From positions 47,847 to 67,846 of the forward strand of contig JAVEBF010000005.1 of assembly GCA_051941275.1 (NCBI GenBank): a stretch of DNA of 20,000 bases, written 5' to 3'. The DNA is from Dirinaria sp. TL-2023a (lineage: Eukaryota). Positions within the stretch are counted from its first letter, which is position 1. Every line of letters begins with the position of its first letter. Made by a program: the position numbers and the translations under genes. The notes under the pieces were generated by a model. That model saw only the letters and a program-made list of their open reading frames with translations, did no database searches and was not told the origin of the DNA. Of this stretch, positions 1-10,860 are shown piece by piece.

Positions 1-2602
1 ACGGCGAGGACTCTGCTGAGGACTATTCAGATCTTGTGGTATTGGAGGACACTGACTTCAGCCGCCGAAAGGTCCTGAGATCCTAAGAGCATTACGCGCT
101 ATCCCCCGGTCATGATTTTTTACTGACTTGGTACATAGGAAACCGATTCGCGTTCGCCAAAGCTATTTCACCCCTCTGACTTAGGCAGTACAGCACGGTC
201 GATGCACCCTCATAAGGTTGGCGGTAGTTTGAGACGCCAGCCTATTGCATCAAAGCAGCCATTGATGCGCAGGACACGCTCATCTGTCGAAATTCAGAAA
301 TACGCCGAAAATGAAGACGAAGACTTTTCCGACATATTCGGGAAAGGCAATGCAATACCCAATAAACCAGAAAGCGACAGAGATTCAGAAGGAGGTACAC
401 TGATGCTGACATCAAGAATATCGAACAATTCCTGGTTGGGTGAAGACGAAGAGGAGGATGATCCATTCGCAGAGCTCGAGGAAGGGTTCGATGAGATGGA
501 TCTTGAAGCGAATGCCGCCCGCGACAAGTATGCTCGATTATGCACGCAGGTAGAAGGTCTTGTAGGCTCGTTAAAGACCACGCAAGAAGACGACCTACTC
601 GCAGACATCTCCGAGCAACTGCTGGAAGTGCTGATCGATCTTCCGGACACTAAAAGAGTCATCATCAGTGCTCACGGGATGCTTCCGATATTAGAGATTC
701 TGGAAACTTGCCGTCACCGTCATGCTATTTTCTTCCTCCTCCGGATCGTCAACACTACGATACATAACGAAGTTGAGACTCAAGAGAACCTATGCTTCGT
801 AGGAGGCATTCCTATAATCACGAAGTTTGCATCTAAGAAATACTCAACCGAAATTCGAGCTGAAGCTGCAGCCTTTGTCCGTCAAATGTTCCAAACCTCG
901 ACCTTGACTTTGCAAATGTTCGTTAGCGCGGGTGGTCTGAAAGTCCTTGTCGAGTTCCTAGAAGAAGACTACGAAGAAGAAAGAGATCTAGTTCTCATTG
1001 GAGTTAATGGTGTATGGAGTGTATTTGAACTTCAAGGTCCTACTCCTAAGAACGACTTTTGCCGAATCCTCTCAAGGAACTCCGTATTAGATCCTCTTTC
1101 ATTAGTGCTCAGCAGAGTGCTTGATGAAGAAGGAGAACTAGCTGAGCTATGTGAAGGTCGTATAGCAAATATTTTCTTTCTATTCTCGCAGGCCGAGAAC
1201 CATGTCAAGGAACTAGTTGCTGACCGTACAGTACTGCACCGTGGGTCGTAGTCCGCTTTCTTGGACAAGAATGCCATTACTGATGGACTGTAGGTGTTTT
1301 GAAAGAATTGAAGCGCATGTCGCCGACTCATCAGATTACCATGCTCAAATTCATCAAGAACCTCTCAATGCTTTCAACCACCCTAGATTCATTGCAAAAC
1401 TCGAATGCGATAGACGTCCTGACCGATTTGCTCCGGAATTCTTCAAAGGAGCTTCACTTCCGAGAAATCTCAAACCAAGTTCTCAATACCATTTACAACC
1501 TATGTCGACTCAACAAGTCGAGGCAAGAAGATGCCGCTCTGAATGGGATAATACCAGTACTACAGCGCATAATTAAAACGGAGCGACCTTTGAAGGAGTT
1601 TGCTCTTCCAATCTTGTGTGATATGGCGCACTCGGGCAAGGTTGGCAGGCGTGAGCTTTGGCGCAATAAAGGCCTACCGTTCTATATATCTCTGCTAGCA
1701 GATCCGTACTGGCAGGTCACGGCTCTTGACGCTATCTTTGTCTGGTAAGTCCTCTTAGTCGGTTGAAAGAATCCAACTTACCGCTCGCTAGGCTCCAAGA
1801 AGAGACAGCGCGGGTTGAGGAACACCTCCTTGACGGCTCCTTCACTCAGGGCATAATCAAGTGCTTTACTACTTCCAAGGCAAATGCGTTTGAAAACTTA
1901 CTTGAACCTTTGCAAAAGCTCCTACGCTTGAGTCCTCCCATCGCCCTGAGCTTGGCGCATCCTGACCTCTTTGGCCGCATTTTGCAGAAACTCCAATCTA
2001 GCAAAGCCGTTGTCAGATTGAACCTTCTGCGGATTATTCGCAGTATCTGCGATGCAAGCGATGAGCCGGGAGGCCTGCTTACCCGCTATGACCTCTATGA
2101 CACGATTCAAAGGCTTGCAGATCTTGATGGGGCGGTCCTTGTCAGAAACATGGCGGGCGAGCTGCTTAAGTCGAGCGAAGCCAATGATAAGCTGGGCATC
2201 AGTAGCAGCAAACGGAGACCCGGCAGACGTTCTAGCTCCTCGACTACCCCTCCCGGTCTGGTATCGAGTCAATCGATGCCTTCAACCCCAATGAGCGGCC
2301 GGTCTGTGCACTCCAATAATTACTTTCTTGACCGGGAACCAAGGGAGAGAACTGCCGTCAACGGCCGGATGTCTTACAGGCCGGTCAGTAGGGAAGGTTT
2401 TGGACCTAATGGCACTCCGGTTGTCGTCAACGGAAGTGGGCCCGCAACCAAAAGCCGCTTGCCACGGACCACCTCCGGACGCACGCCTCAGCACTCGATG
2501 CTCGCTTCGCCAAGGAAAGAAGAGAACATCATACCGGCAGCGTCAGCTCAACGTGCAAGTCCATTACCTGCGCCAAACTCTAGAAGACGGAGAGGCATGT
2601 AA
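1..2602 (+). CDS. sepH: SepH/Cdc7/Cdc15-type septation initiation network kinase, 5'-truncated (C-terminal ARM-like region and S/P/R-rich tail). Exons <1-71 (donor uncertain), 139-1240, 1294-1744, 1792-2602
   Basis: Spliced translation has motifs typical of fungal SepH: EDYSDL, SPKLFHPSDL, DEDFSD, IISAHGMLPILEIL, QENLCFVGGIPII, GPTPKNDFCRILSR, LKEFALPILCDMAHSG, DPYWQVTALDAIFVWLQEET. Introns 1241-1293 (GTGGGT..TAG) and 1745-1791 (GTAAGT..TAG) join the ORF-track pieces in frame. The kinase domain lies upstream of the window. Confidence 0.9.
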
Positions 2603-3245
2603 GAGGAGAGATTAGGGAGACAGGGCGGCAATGGGAAATTTAGAGCGCGGCGTGTGGGAATAGGTTTACATTGGCTTTACAGAGCAGGCATAGGAGAATA
2701 GGATGCATGGTGGGTCCGGACAAAGCATAGTCAAGGCGTTCATTCATGGGTCCTCGTACAGGGGGCTACGCATGGCAGGGAACTGTGAATACTCGAGAAA
2801 TTTGCATTGCTTGCAGCATTCTTCAAAACAGAGTAAATATGATTAGGGTAACGCTCATAAGAACAGTACATTTTGCGGAGCTGTGACCTGAGTTACTGGC
2901 GCCAAGGTGTCTGATCGAGTGTGCCCTAGAGCGTCGAGGACAATTACTTTGAGGTATTTCACAGCACCTCAACCAACATGTGGATACTGGAAGAATCAAT
3001 AATGACTTCCATTAAATTATTAAGATACCTTTAAATTACCGATCATGTTACGAACCTTCCCTGTTTGACTGGCTTTTAGATTACATGCGGTCATCGGTCC
3101 TTGATTGGGTTTAGGTCGAAGGGTTAAAAGTCACTTCACTCCTCATTGCTTTACCCTCCCACCCTCAAACATCAACAACCATTACATACACCCATACTTG
3201 GCTTCACGACCGAACAAAACTCGAAAGTCCTTCAAAAAATCCAGA

Positions 3246-4075
3246 ATGGCTACTCTCAACTGTGAGCTTCCCCATTTGACATGCCTTGCAACTGTACAGC
3301 CTGTTGCACAAGGAACGCTCAAGGGAATTACACTCCAATCACGTTCGCGTTCCGGATGACGGGATCTCTGCTTGATCGCAGCCCATCATCCTGCGTACAT
3401 CGGAGGCTGTGGTTCGGTTTCACTATCACTGCAACGCATGCAACCTGCATATTTATCTCTTTCGTGTCCATCGACCAGAAAGTGATCATATCTTTACAGA
3501 CGTCAGCTGACCCCACGGCACAGATCTCCCTCCCGTCAAGCCCTCGGCCATCGCTATAGGCACCGTTTTCAACCACGGTGTCTCTCTCGCATTGCTTGCG
3601 CCCGTTTTCGGTGACACCTACCACCGCGCCCAAGCCGCCAACTCCAAGGAGGAATTTCTCAAATCGAAGGAGGCCGCTAGCGCTGCCGCTGCATGGGGTT
3701 CTTCTCTAGCTGGCAGTGCCCTCCAGACATACGGCGTTGGCGCTCTTCTGGTTGCGACTGGCACTTTGAGCTACAAAGGAGCTGCTTACTTGGGAGGCCT
3801 GGTGTTCTTGGCCAGTTCGGCGCCTAGCGTGAGTGTGGCTTTTTTTTTTCTGTCCGAAGTTGCTACCAACATGCATGGGATCATCGAAGCCTTTGCACGC
3901 CAACAAGCATGCAATACAAATAGCTGACCTAATCATTTAGTTCATCTCCCAAGTCTTCACCGAGAAGCGTCCGCTCGACACCGTCGCCGTGGGTGCTCTC
4001 GCCCGGGTCTTTGAGACCGTCGGCCTGAGCTTAGCCCTCAACTACTGGGGCGTCCGCCAAAATCCGTTTGATTAA
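3246..4075 (+). CDS. Conserved small fungal membrane protein, DUF1761-like, 151 aa. Exons 3246-3261, 3524-3828, 3941-4075
   Basis: Introns 3262-3523 (GTGAGC..GCTGAC..CAG) and 3829-3940 (GTGAGT..GCTGAC..TAG) give MATLNYLPPVKPSAIAIGTVFNHGVSLALLAPVFGDTYHRAQ...EKRPLDTVAVGALARVFETVGLSLALNYWGVRQNPFD*, with several hydrophobic segments. The family name is from recall. Confidence 0.8.
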
Positions 4076-5275
4076 ACAGTTCGCTGCGTGCCAAGGCTCA
4101 GATTGTCAGGAGGAGATTGTGATAGTTAGAGGGGGCCAGGACGACGGGGGAAAGGGAAGGTGGCAGTAGCAAGCTTTGCAGTAGCTAGTCTCCCAGTCAA
4201 ACCAGTTCAGCTCAATTCTGTATCATTAGGAAAGTTGTTCCTCCGACTGTCCTTGCTTACGCCTCCTTGTTGATCCTATTTCTCCGCAACTCGACTCGCC
4301 TTCTAAAGAAGACCTTGAGGTGCATATTTTCTAACGGTCTCCATGCATCGATCACCTTCCATATCCATATCATGTCCGTGGCTCCTTTAATAGTGTCCTC
4401 ATTGACAAAATTTTACAGACCCATTTTCATTGAGCTCATGCGCATAAGCATGACCGTGGTGAATGAAAGAAAGTACCATCTCTCCCATCCCTTGATATTA
4501 CATCATGAACTCGGAGGTTTTAACACAATATCCTTCCCTCTGTCTCTGTATAAAACCCCCCCGTATTTAACTCGAAAAGAGAAGAGAAAAAAAGAGAGGG
4601 AGAAGTGAGAAATATGCACGCACCTGTTCTCGAGATCTAGACAAGAAGAGTGTGGGGTTGTTTCGGCCTGGATTATATAGTTCAATGAGAAATTTTTCTT
4701 TTCTTGGTTTTACATGTTGGGTGTTTATTTGTTGTGTCAGTCATTACAGTCGAGCCCCGGTCTTGATGAGTTTTGATTATTTAGTGGAGGATGATATTGA
4801 TGATGATGAGGGGTCTTTATTCGTGAAATAAGAGGAATTGGTTTATCAGCATTTTGTTGACACGCTTATAGCGTATGCGCGCTTTTAGGAGTATGGGTTC
4901 CATAGTACGAAGGTTGGAGGATAGCGAGGCGGATTTTGATGGTGGAGGAATTGGGGGAGCAAAAGGGGAAAAGGGAAGGGGAGATAGCGGTGGCAGGTAT
5001 GGAAAGAAGCTATAAGACTACGTATTTTGTGATTTTGTATTTTCGTCGAGGAGTGTGAGATCAGATTAAAAGCAAATTTTTGTTTTCATTCTGGGTGTGA
5101 TCGTTGCTGGCTAATACTAATGACTGATGTGCTGCAGCCCCCGATCCTTGAAATAAGGTAGGGGTATTGTGCTTGCTTGCATGATGAATTGCGTTCTGTT
5201 GTAATCAAATCCATGTAGAACTTCGCTAAGGAAAGCTACGCCATTGTTTCCAGTAAGCTGCGAGGGCTGTTTGCA

Positions 5276-7263
5276 TCAGCGACGTGCCCTCCTTCTTCCC
5301 CCCCTCGTCCCCATTGAGTTCTCATCAAATCTCCCTTGTTGGCCGAGGTACGACACTTCGTCGTCAGATGCCATGCTGGTCCCCTGACGCTGTGAGCTGG
5401 CTTGGTGACTAGCGGGTTGAGCGAGTGAAGCGAACGCAAGACGTACCGGTGGTGGCCCCTGGAGATGTTGAGCTATGCCGTGTGTTTGTCGAAGGGCCGG
5501 AAGCTCAGGGCTCGGGTTGCGTGACGTAAAGTACGGACTCTGAGCGACAAAAGGACTGGCTGAGCCGAGCTGGCCGAGCTGCTGGCGGTGGGTAGAGCCG
5601 CTCTGAGCACTGAAAGCGTCGGAGAAGAGGCTGCCCTGGTTCAAAAAAGGGCGACCGCCAGCTTGCCCGCCGGTGTTTGAGGAATGTGTGTTGCGTGGTG
5701 TTGGCGGTAGAGTGATGCGACCTCGGGTCGGTGAGATAGCCTGATGACTGAGTCTAGGTCGTTGAGGAGTAGGTCTATGGAGGACATGGTCCAATTCGCC
5801 GTCATTGTTCGGGCGTGCAACACCCTGTCCATGGACGAAGTCAATCATGGTGCCGGGTACGTGTGGCGTCCTTGGGACTATTGGTGGAACCCATTGTCTC
5901 GCATCGAAGACCGATTGACCTATCGATTTGTATTGGGTTGAGGCCTGCGCATGCTTCGGGACTTTCGCTGCCCTCGACTGACCGTCATAGCTCGGATACT
6001 GTAGGTAGTCAGAAGTACCTTTGAGACCTGAAGTGGCTTCATGTTGGCTATTGAAAGGTCGATTCGATACTGAAGGCGTCCATGCCATAATACTTCCATC
6101 GCTACTGGACCGAACAGGGTGTATATGAGTCGGAGGAGCTTGCACCGGCATGGTGGCGCGTGCTGGTAGTTGCGGTGGAGGCATAGCAGCTCGGCTTACG
6201 TTCTGATTATTGCCTCCGAGGTCATCATTAATGGAAGGTGTTGGCTTATGGCCACCACTGGTTGCTAAGCGCTTTCTCTTATCAGAGCGGCTTTGGGCAA
6301 AATGCTGCGCCCGTGGATTCGCTAGTTGCTGCGGGAAAGAGTGCAAACCTGGAAAAAAGACGGGCTGATTTAGATTTGCCAGATCAATAGGCACCCCATG
6401 CATCAATGGGCTTGCGGTATAAAGATTGTTAGTGGTAGTCGAGCGCTGCTGACTACCAGTAGTTGCACTTGACCCATTTCCTGTCTCCTTCGTGTTTTCA
6501 TCCAACAAGGCTTCATCGATCCATATTACATCTTGGCCCAATTGCTGGAGCATGTCCCTCGCAGCTTTAAGCTGGCTGGTAGTGGTTAATATGCTGGATC
6601 GGAGAAGATTTACTCCAGACTCACCTATCACGCAACTTCAACTTGACATGGGTTCCTCGGGCAAAGCGTAGGATGGAGTCATATTGGAACTGCAGTCAGG
6701 TCAGCTGTTGAAGAGCTTCCGTATCGGTTGTACTATACTCGCACGGCCTCCATGCCCCGATGATCGATTCCTTCAGCGGGTTCGTTGAAGCATTCTTCTG
6801 GGATGTTAGGGTCATGCTCGCCCTGCCCAAAGCCACGGATTGCAAAGAGTGGCTTCAAACTATGGTCTCCATCCTCAATTCTGCAAAGCGGACAACATGC
6901 TTTTGGTGACGTATTTTCTGGGTGGAAGGGAACGCCTGCAACAAAAGTTTTAGCATTGAGAGATATGCAGCGTGTTTCTTTTGCTTAAAGTAGATACATA
7001 CCGCCACCATCAAAATGCTTGGCACAGATGACATGACCGCAATCGGTCAGGTAGAGCTTGGTGATCGGGGCCTGGTTGAAGCCAAGGGATTGAGCTTCAT
7101 CACCATAGATTACTGAAGGACAAGCCTGGCAGATGTGACAACTGAAGACTATGTCGTTGAAACTCGAAGATGCGTCGAGCATTGTATCTATGAACGGGCT
7201 ACCTACTTCGGATTCAGTAAAACTCATAGGTCTTGGCCCACTCGGCACATGAAATTCTGGCAT
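5276..7263 (-). CDS. RING-finger protein with short helical/coiled region and long disordered S/P/Q/R tail, about 607 aa; possibly a Zip3/RNF212-like meiotic E3 ligase. Exons 7263-7002, 6935-6739, 6689-6625, 6575-5276
   Basis: Introns 7001-6936 (GTATGT..CAG), 6738-6690 (GTATAG..GCTGAC..CAG) and 6624-6576 (GTGAGT..ATTAAC..CAG) give one open 1824-nt CDS. It contains CHIC-x29-CGHVICAKH-x18-CPLC followed by EAVRFQY. An alternative in-frame ATG is at 7305. Confidence 0.7.
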
Positions 7264-7520
7264 CGTTGTACTGCTAGAGCGAAGATGCAGCAAAACTAAG
7301 CGCATAAATGGGCAATACTACTTAGAAGCCAGCGATAGTCGGATGGATTCTTACCTTTCAGAATGGACATGTAATTTTCCGAGTCCTGTCTAGCCTGTAG
7401 AATCATCAGGGCATTGTCCAACTGTGTGCTTTTGTGATCAAATACCCACCATAGATAAGGATCCAAAGTGAAAAGCAAACCGCGTAACTATGTAATCGAG
7501 AGTCCTGGTAACGAACTGTC

Positions 7521-7620
7521 CTGATGAGCCCTGACGAAGAACAGCCCTGACGAAGAACAGCTTTGACGAAGAACAGCCCAACGGGCTCTAAAAAGCCCTG
7601 ACGAATCATGACGAGCCCTA
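7521..7620. repeat. Imperfect tandem repeat, 16-bp unit AGCCCTGACGAAGAAC
   Basis: Units start at 7527, 7543 and 7559 (AGCTTTGACGAAGAAC), with a partial unit at 7575 and degenerate copies near 7594 and 7609-7620. Confidence 0.9.
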
Positions 7621-7842
7621 GTGAAGTGGTTTTCCTTTTGGCAGCAGCATTGAAATAGATCGCCAATGAAAAGTTACTGGTTCAAGGTTCCTTTACTAGG
7701 CAGTCTTCAGGAAGTTTAAAGAGGAGAATAAGAGAGAAAGGCTGAAGAAAAAGTCGAAGGAATTGGGGAACCAGCAGTGTATCTTTTCAGCACATGGTAT
7801 GCTAGAAACAAGCAGCAACAAGAGAAGGCTATGCTAATTTGC

Positions 7843-8559
7843 CTAGGTAAAGGTTCGACAAGGATACCTGGATGAGACTGTCAGCTACGACCCTACAGCC
7901 TGCGAATTCCATATGAACTTACTCTGGCGGGAATCCTTCATACCCATCCTCATCCATAACATACTTCCGTCCCCCTTCCGGCTTCGAAGGGTTCATACCG
8001 GTAGGGAAAGGTGGCATCCCGTTCGGCCCAAAGATACTTGACACGCTCTTCTTGTCCTTTTCAAAAAGTGCTGAAAGTCCTTTTTGTTCTCCTTCCTGCT
8101 TCACCTGCACCAGCTGCTTTGCTCCCGCGTCCCCAATTTGCAGTATGTCTTCCCTGGGCTTCTCTGCACTACCTACAGACAGTAACCCTACTACATCTGC
8201 TTGCTTTACTACGCTTAGCCGAGGATAGGAACGTCGAATATCTCGTCTATAATAAGGATTCTCTGCGATATCTCCAGACGGTACCGTCACTGGGTCGTCG
8301 TATGCCTCAGGAGGATTAGCACCGGGTGGCGGATTTCGATATTGAGGATTGAGAGGTACGCCGGAAGAGCGGTCTGGGTCAACAGCAAGTACTCTTCTTA
8401 TCCGATCCCAGATGCCAGTCGAGCGTACAGTGTATTTCTAATCTGGCTTCAGCATCGGCCCTAATAATTCATTGTAGTATCCATTACCTTCATATAAGAC
8501 GTCGCCTTCGTAGCCGAGGCAAGCTGCTTCGAAACCCCAGCAGCAGCATTGGTAGCCAT
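7843..8559 (-). CDS. NADH:ubiquinone oxidoreductase 21.3 kDa accessory subunit (NUZM / NDUFA7-like), 203 aa. Exons 8559-8488, 8437-7923, 7867-7843
   Basis: Spliced protein contains KKYTVRSTGIWDRIRRVLAVDPDRSSGVPLNPQYRNPPPG, DIAENPYYRRDIRRSYPRLSVV and a C-terminal YPCRTFT*, characteristic of the fungal nuo-21.3 family. Introns 8487-8438 and 7922-7868 are canonical. Confidence 0.9.
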
Positions 8560-9338
8560 GGTGTTGACTGGGGTCTCAGTCCTTTGAAAGCCTGATCTGG
8601 CGCAGAACCCTGATGTATAGCTGACTCCTCGCGCCGCGGCGGAGCAATATCTGGGTCGAGGCTGCCTAGGTAGAGATATAGTCAACGAGAAGGAACCTAA
8701 TTAGAGATGAGCCAGCTCTTTGACTCCAAGTAATGTTAGATGTTGCTCAGTGACGGTTACTTCCTGAAGCATGCGGTTACATTGCTTTAAGAATAGGACG
8801 AATATCTTAAAGTCACGACCGTAAGTCGAAAAGTCACCCAAAACACCTTCTCCGGTACGAGGAAAATCGAGCACGGTAAGAGTATAGAGTCGATTTTGGG
8901 CATCTCAACGGTGTGCTCCGTTTCTCTTTCCGACGAGTTTGCAGGGCGTAATACCTACACACAATGCTGAAGGTATTGCTCAGTCGTGGCCTTGGCAATG
9001 CTCACCACATACATGATCCTACCAATCATGTAAAGCCATTGTCTGGTCATGGCTCTATAGTATAATCTGAACAAAAAGCTACGCTACCAATGAGTGACGT
9101 TGAGAGGACGGAATATTTCACTATATTATGATATGTGCTCAATGTGATAAAGAGCCGTCTTTCATCTCATGTCTTCGAGGCTATCTCGAGCATTGAAATT
9201 GTTTTGCTGCAGTATTTAAAAGTATGCCTTCAATGATTCTTGTCATAGCGCCTTTTCGAAACGTACGCCGTAAGGTAGCCTTGATCGCAGCGTACCTTAC
9301 AGAGACGAGTTCTCGGCCACATGATCACTCAAACTTTT

Positions 9339-10310
9339 CTAGGCTGGCGTTGGCGTGGCAGCAGCAGGAGTGCCACCAGCAGGCGTGCCATCAAGCTTCT
9401 TCGCTGTATCGGCTACTTGGGCTGCAACTTCGGCTGGGGCTGTAGACTCCCTTGCCCCTGCCCCATTTGAAGAGGCAGGCTCCTCCACAGCCGGCGCAGG
9501 CGGTTGCGCTTGCTCCACTTCCTGAGCGCTCGTCTTGCCCTCTTCGACCTCCTTTTCTACCTCGGAACCCTCCACACCAGTGCTCACACCCTCCATTGGT
9601 ACATCTGCGGGAGCAGCTGCCTCTACACCAACAATCTTTTTCACAACTTCCACAGTAGCCGCTGGTCCCTGTGACCACAATTAGTCCTTTTATTTCGGGT
9701 CATAGACAATTGAACATGGTGCCCACCCCCGCTTCAGCAGCTAGCACCTTTCCCTCCTTGTCAACGATGAATACTCCCCTCGTTGTTCCCTTCGGAGGCT
9801 TTTTCATGCCAATAACCCCGATCAGACTGGCTGCAGGATCGCACAGCAGCGTATACGGCAAATTTTGCTTGGTTTTGAACGTGGTGTTCGACTTGGGCGA
9901 GTCGCTTGACAAGCCGTATATCGCGAAACCCGTAGCGGTCAAGGGGCTATAGGAGTCGCGAAAGAGACAAGCTTGAGTGGTACCTGAAGCATCATATTCA
10001 GTACGGTTTGACAGAGATACTTGTTGTCGCGGAACGCACATCCGGGCGTGGAAGCTTTAGGATACGTGAAAATTACGACTCCCTTCTCACTCTTGTCCAC
10101 CAGCTCTTTCAATGTCGTCTTCTCGCCATCCTGCGTTTCAATTTCGCCTCCAAAACCTTCTAAAGTGATAACATCGCCCACGGCGAGTTTGGCATTAACG
10201 GAAACGGAGCCATTGGTTTTCGACGACGTGGATGACTTGACCGAGTTCGACTTCTTGGGCGGCGGAGGTTGCGCAGCGGGCGCCTCTTTACGTTTGCGGA
10301 GTTCAACCAT
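9339..10310 (-). CDS. dot5: BCP/PrxQ-family peroxiredoxin (Dot5-like), 285 aa. Exons 10310-10040, 9983-9727, 9668-9339
   Basis: Splicing of intron 10039-9984 reconstitutes the active-site motif FTYPKASTPGCTTQAC (PxxxTxxC). Also present: YGLSSDSPKSNTTFKTKQNLPYTLLCDP, TTRGVFIVDKEG and a basic N-terminus MVELRKRK. The second intron is 9726-9669. Confidence 0.92.
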
Positions 10311-10860
10311 TTTTCATGTATTCCTTGCTTATGGGTGCATGAGAGATGAAGAGTGTATTACGAGGAAGGGTTTCGGGGGCGCTACATCTTTCAATTTGTG
10401 GCTGGAGTTGCTGTGAGGGGAAGTGGAGCGCGGCCGCAGATCTTGAGATCGGTACAAATGAAGGGAGGTTGGTTCGTGGGGGGGGTCTCGTACAGATGCT
10501 TCCTACGTAAAATTAGGTAACTCGCTCGGAACCTTACCTTACCACACCCCCAGGTGCTTTATGCTTTCCTTTCAAAATTTGTTCAATTATGAAGCCAAGT
10601 ATTGACTGTTCCCTGAAAATGGCGATTGGGTTCGTTCTCGTCAACGGACTGTCCGATTATGCTACAGGATAAGGTAGTCCATTAATATTGCGGGCCGACT
10701 GTGGTGCCCCTGCTGGAGCAAAACATACTTATGCATGTAGATATCAACCTCTGGTCCTCCGTTTTTATGTACATGTAGCGCCGATGATTGTCGATGCGAG
10801 AATTTCAAAGTGAAGAGCGATATCTGCTCTAAGAAAAAAATTCTGTACACAAGAAATAGC

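Noticed and set aside
3262..3523. TPP riboswitch in the long intron
   Set aside because: The conserved CTGAGA and (A/C)CTTGAT..GATAAT..AGCG..GG core is absent, and the host gene is not recognisably thiamine-related.
4267..4608. 113-aa + strand ORF
   Set aside because: Starts at a non-ATG codon, has no recognisable motifs and ends in a low-complexity purine tract. Likely spurious.
4760..5200. Box C/D snoRNAs, from TGATGA motifs at ~4765, ~4800 and ~5182, and minus-strand ATGAAAA..CTGA at 5090-5060
   Set aside because: No properly spaced C and D box pair with a terminal stem and a recognisable rRNA antisense element.
4076..5230. Telomerase RNA or snRNA, suggested by the Sm-like AAATTTTTG (~5074-5082), a nearby branch point and pseudoknot-like tracts
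   Set aside because: No telomeric template (e.g. TAACCCTAA) on either strand, no good 5' splice site adjacent to the Sm-like site, and no U1/U2/U4/U5 signature sequences.
7515..7625. Hammerhead ribozyme suggested by CTGATGAG / CTGACGA cores and a GAGCCC..GGGCTC stem
   Set aside because: No GAAA follows the putative stem II and there is no stem I/III with an NUH site. The motifs are explained by the 16-bp tandem repeat.
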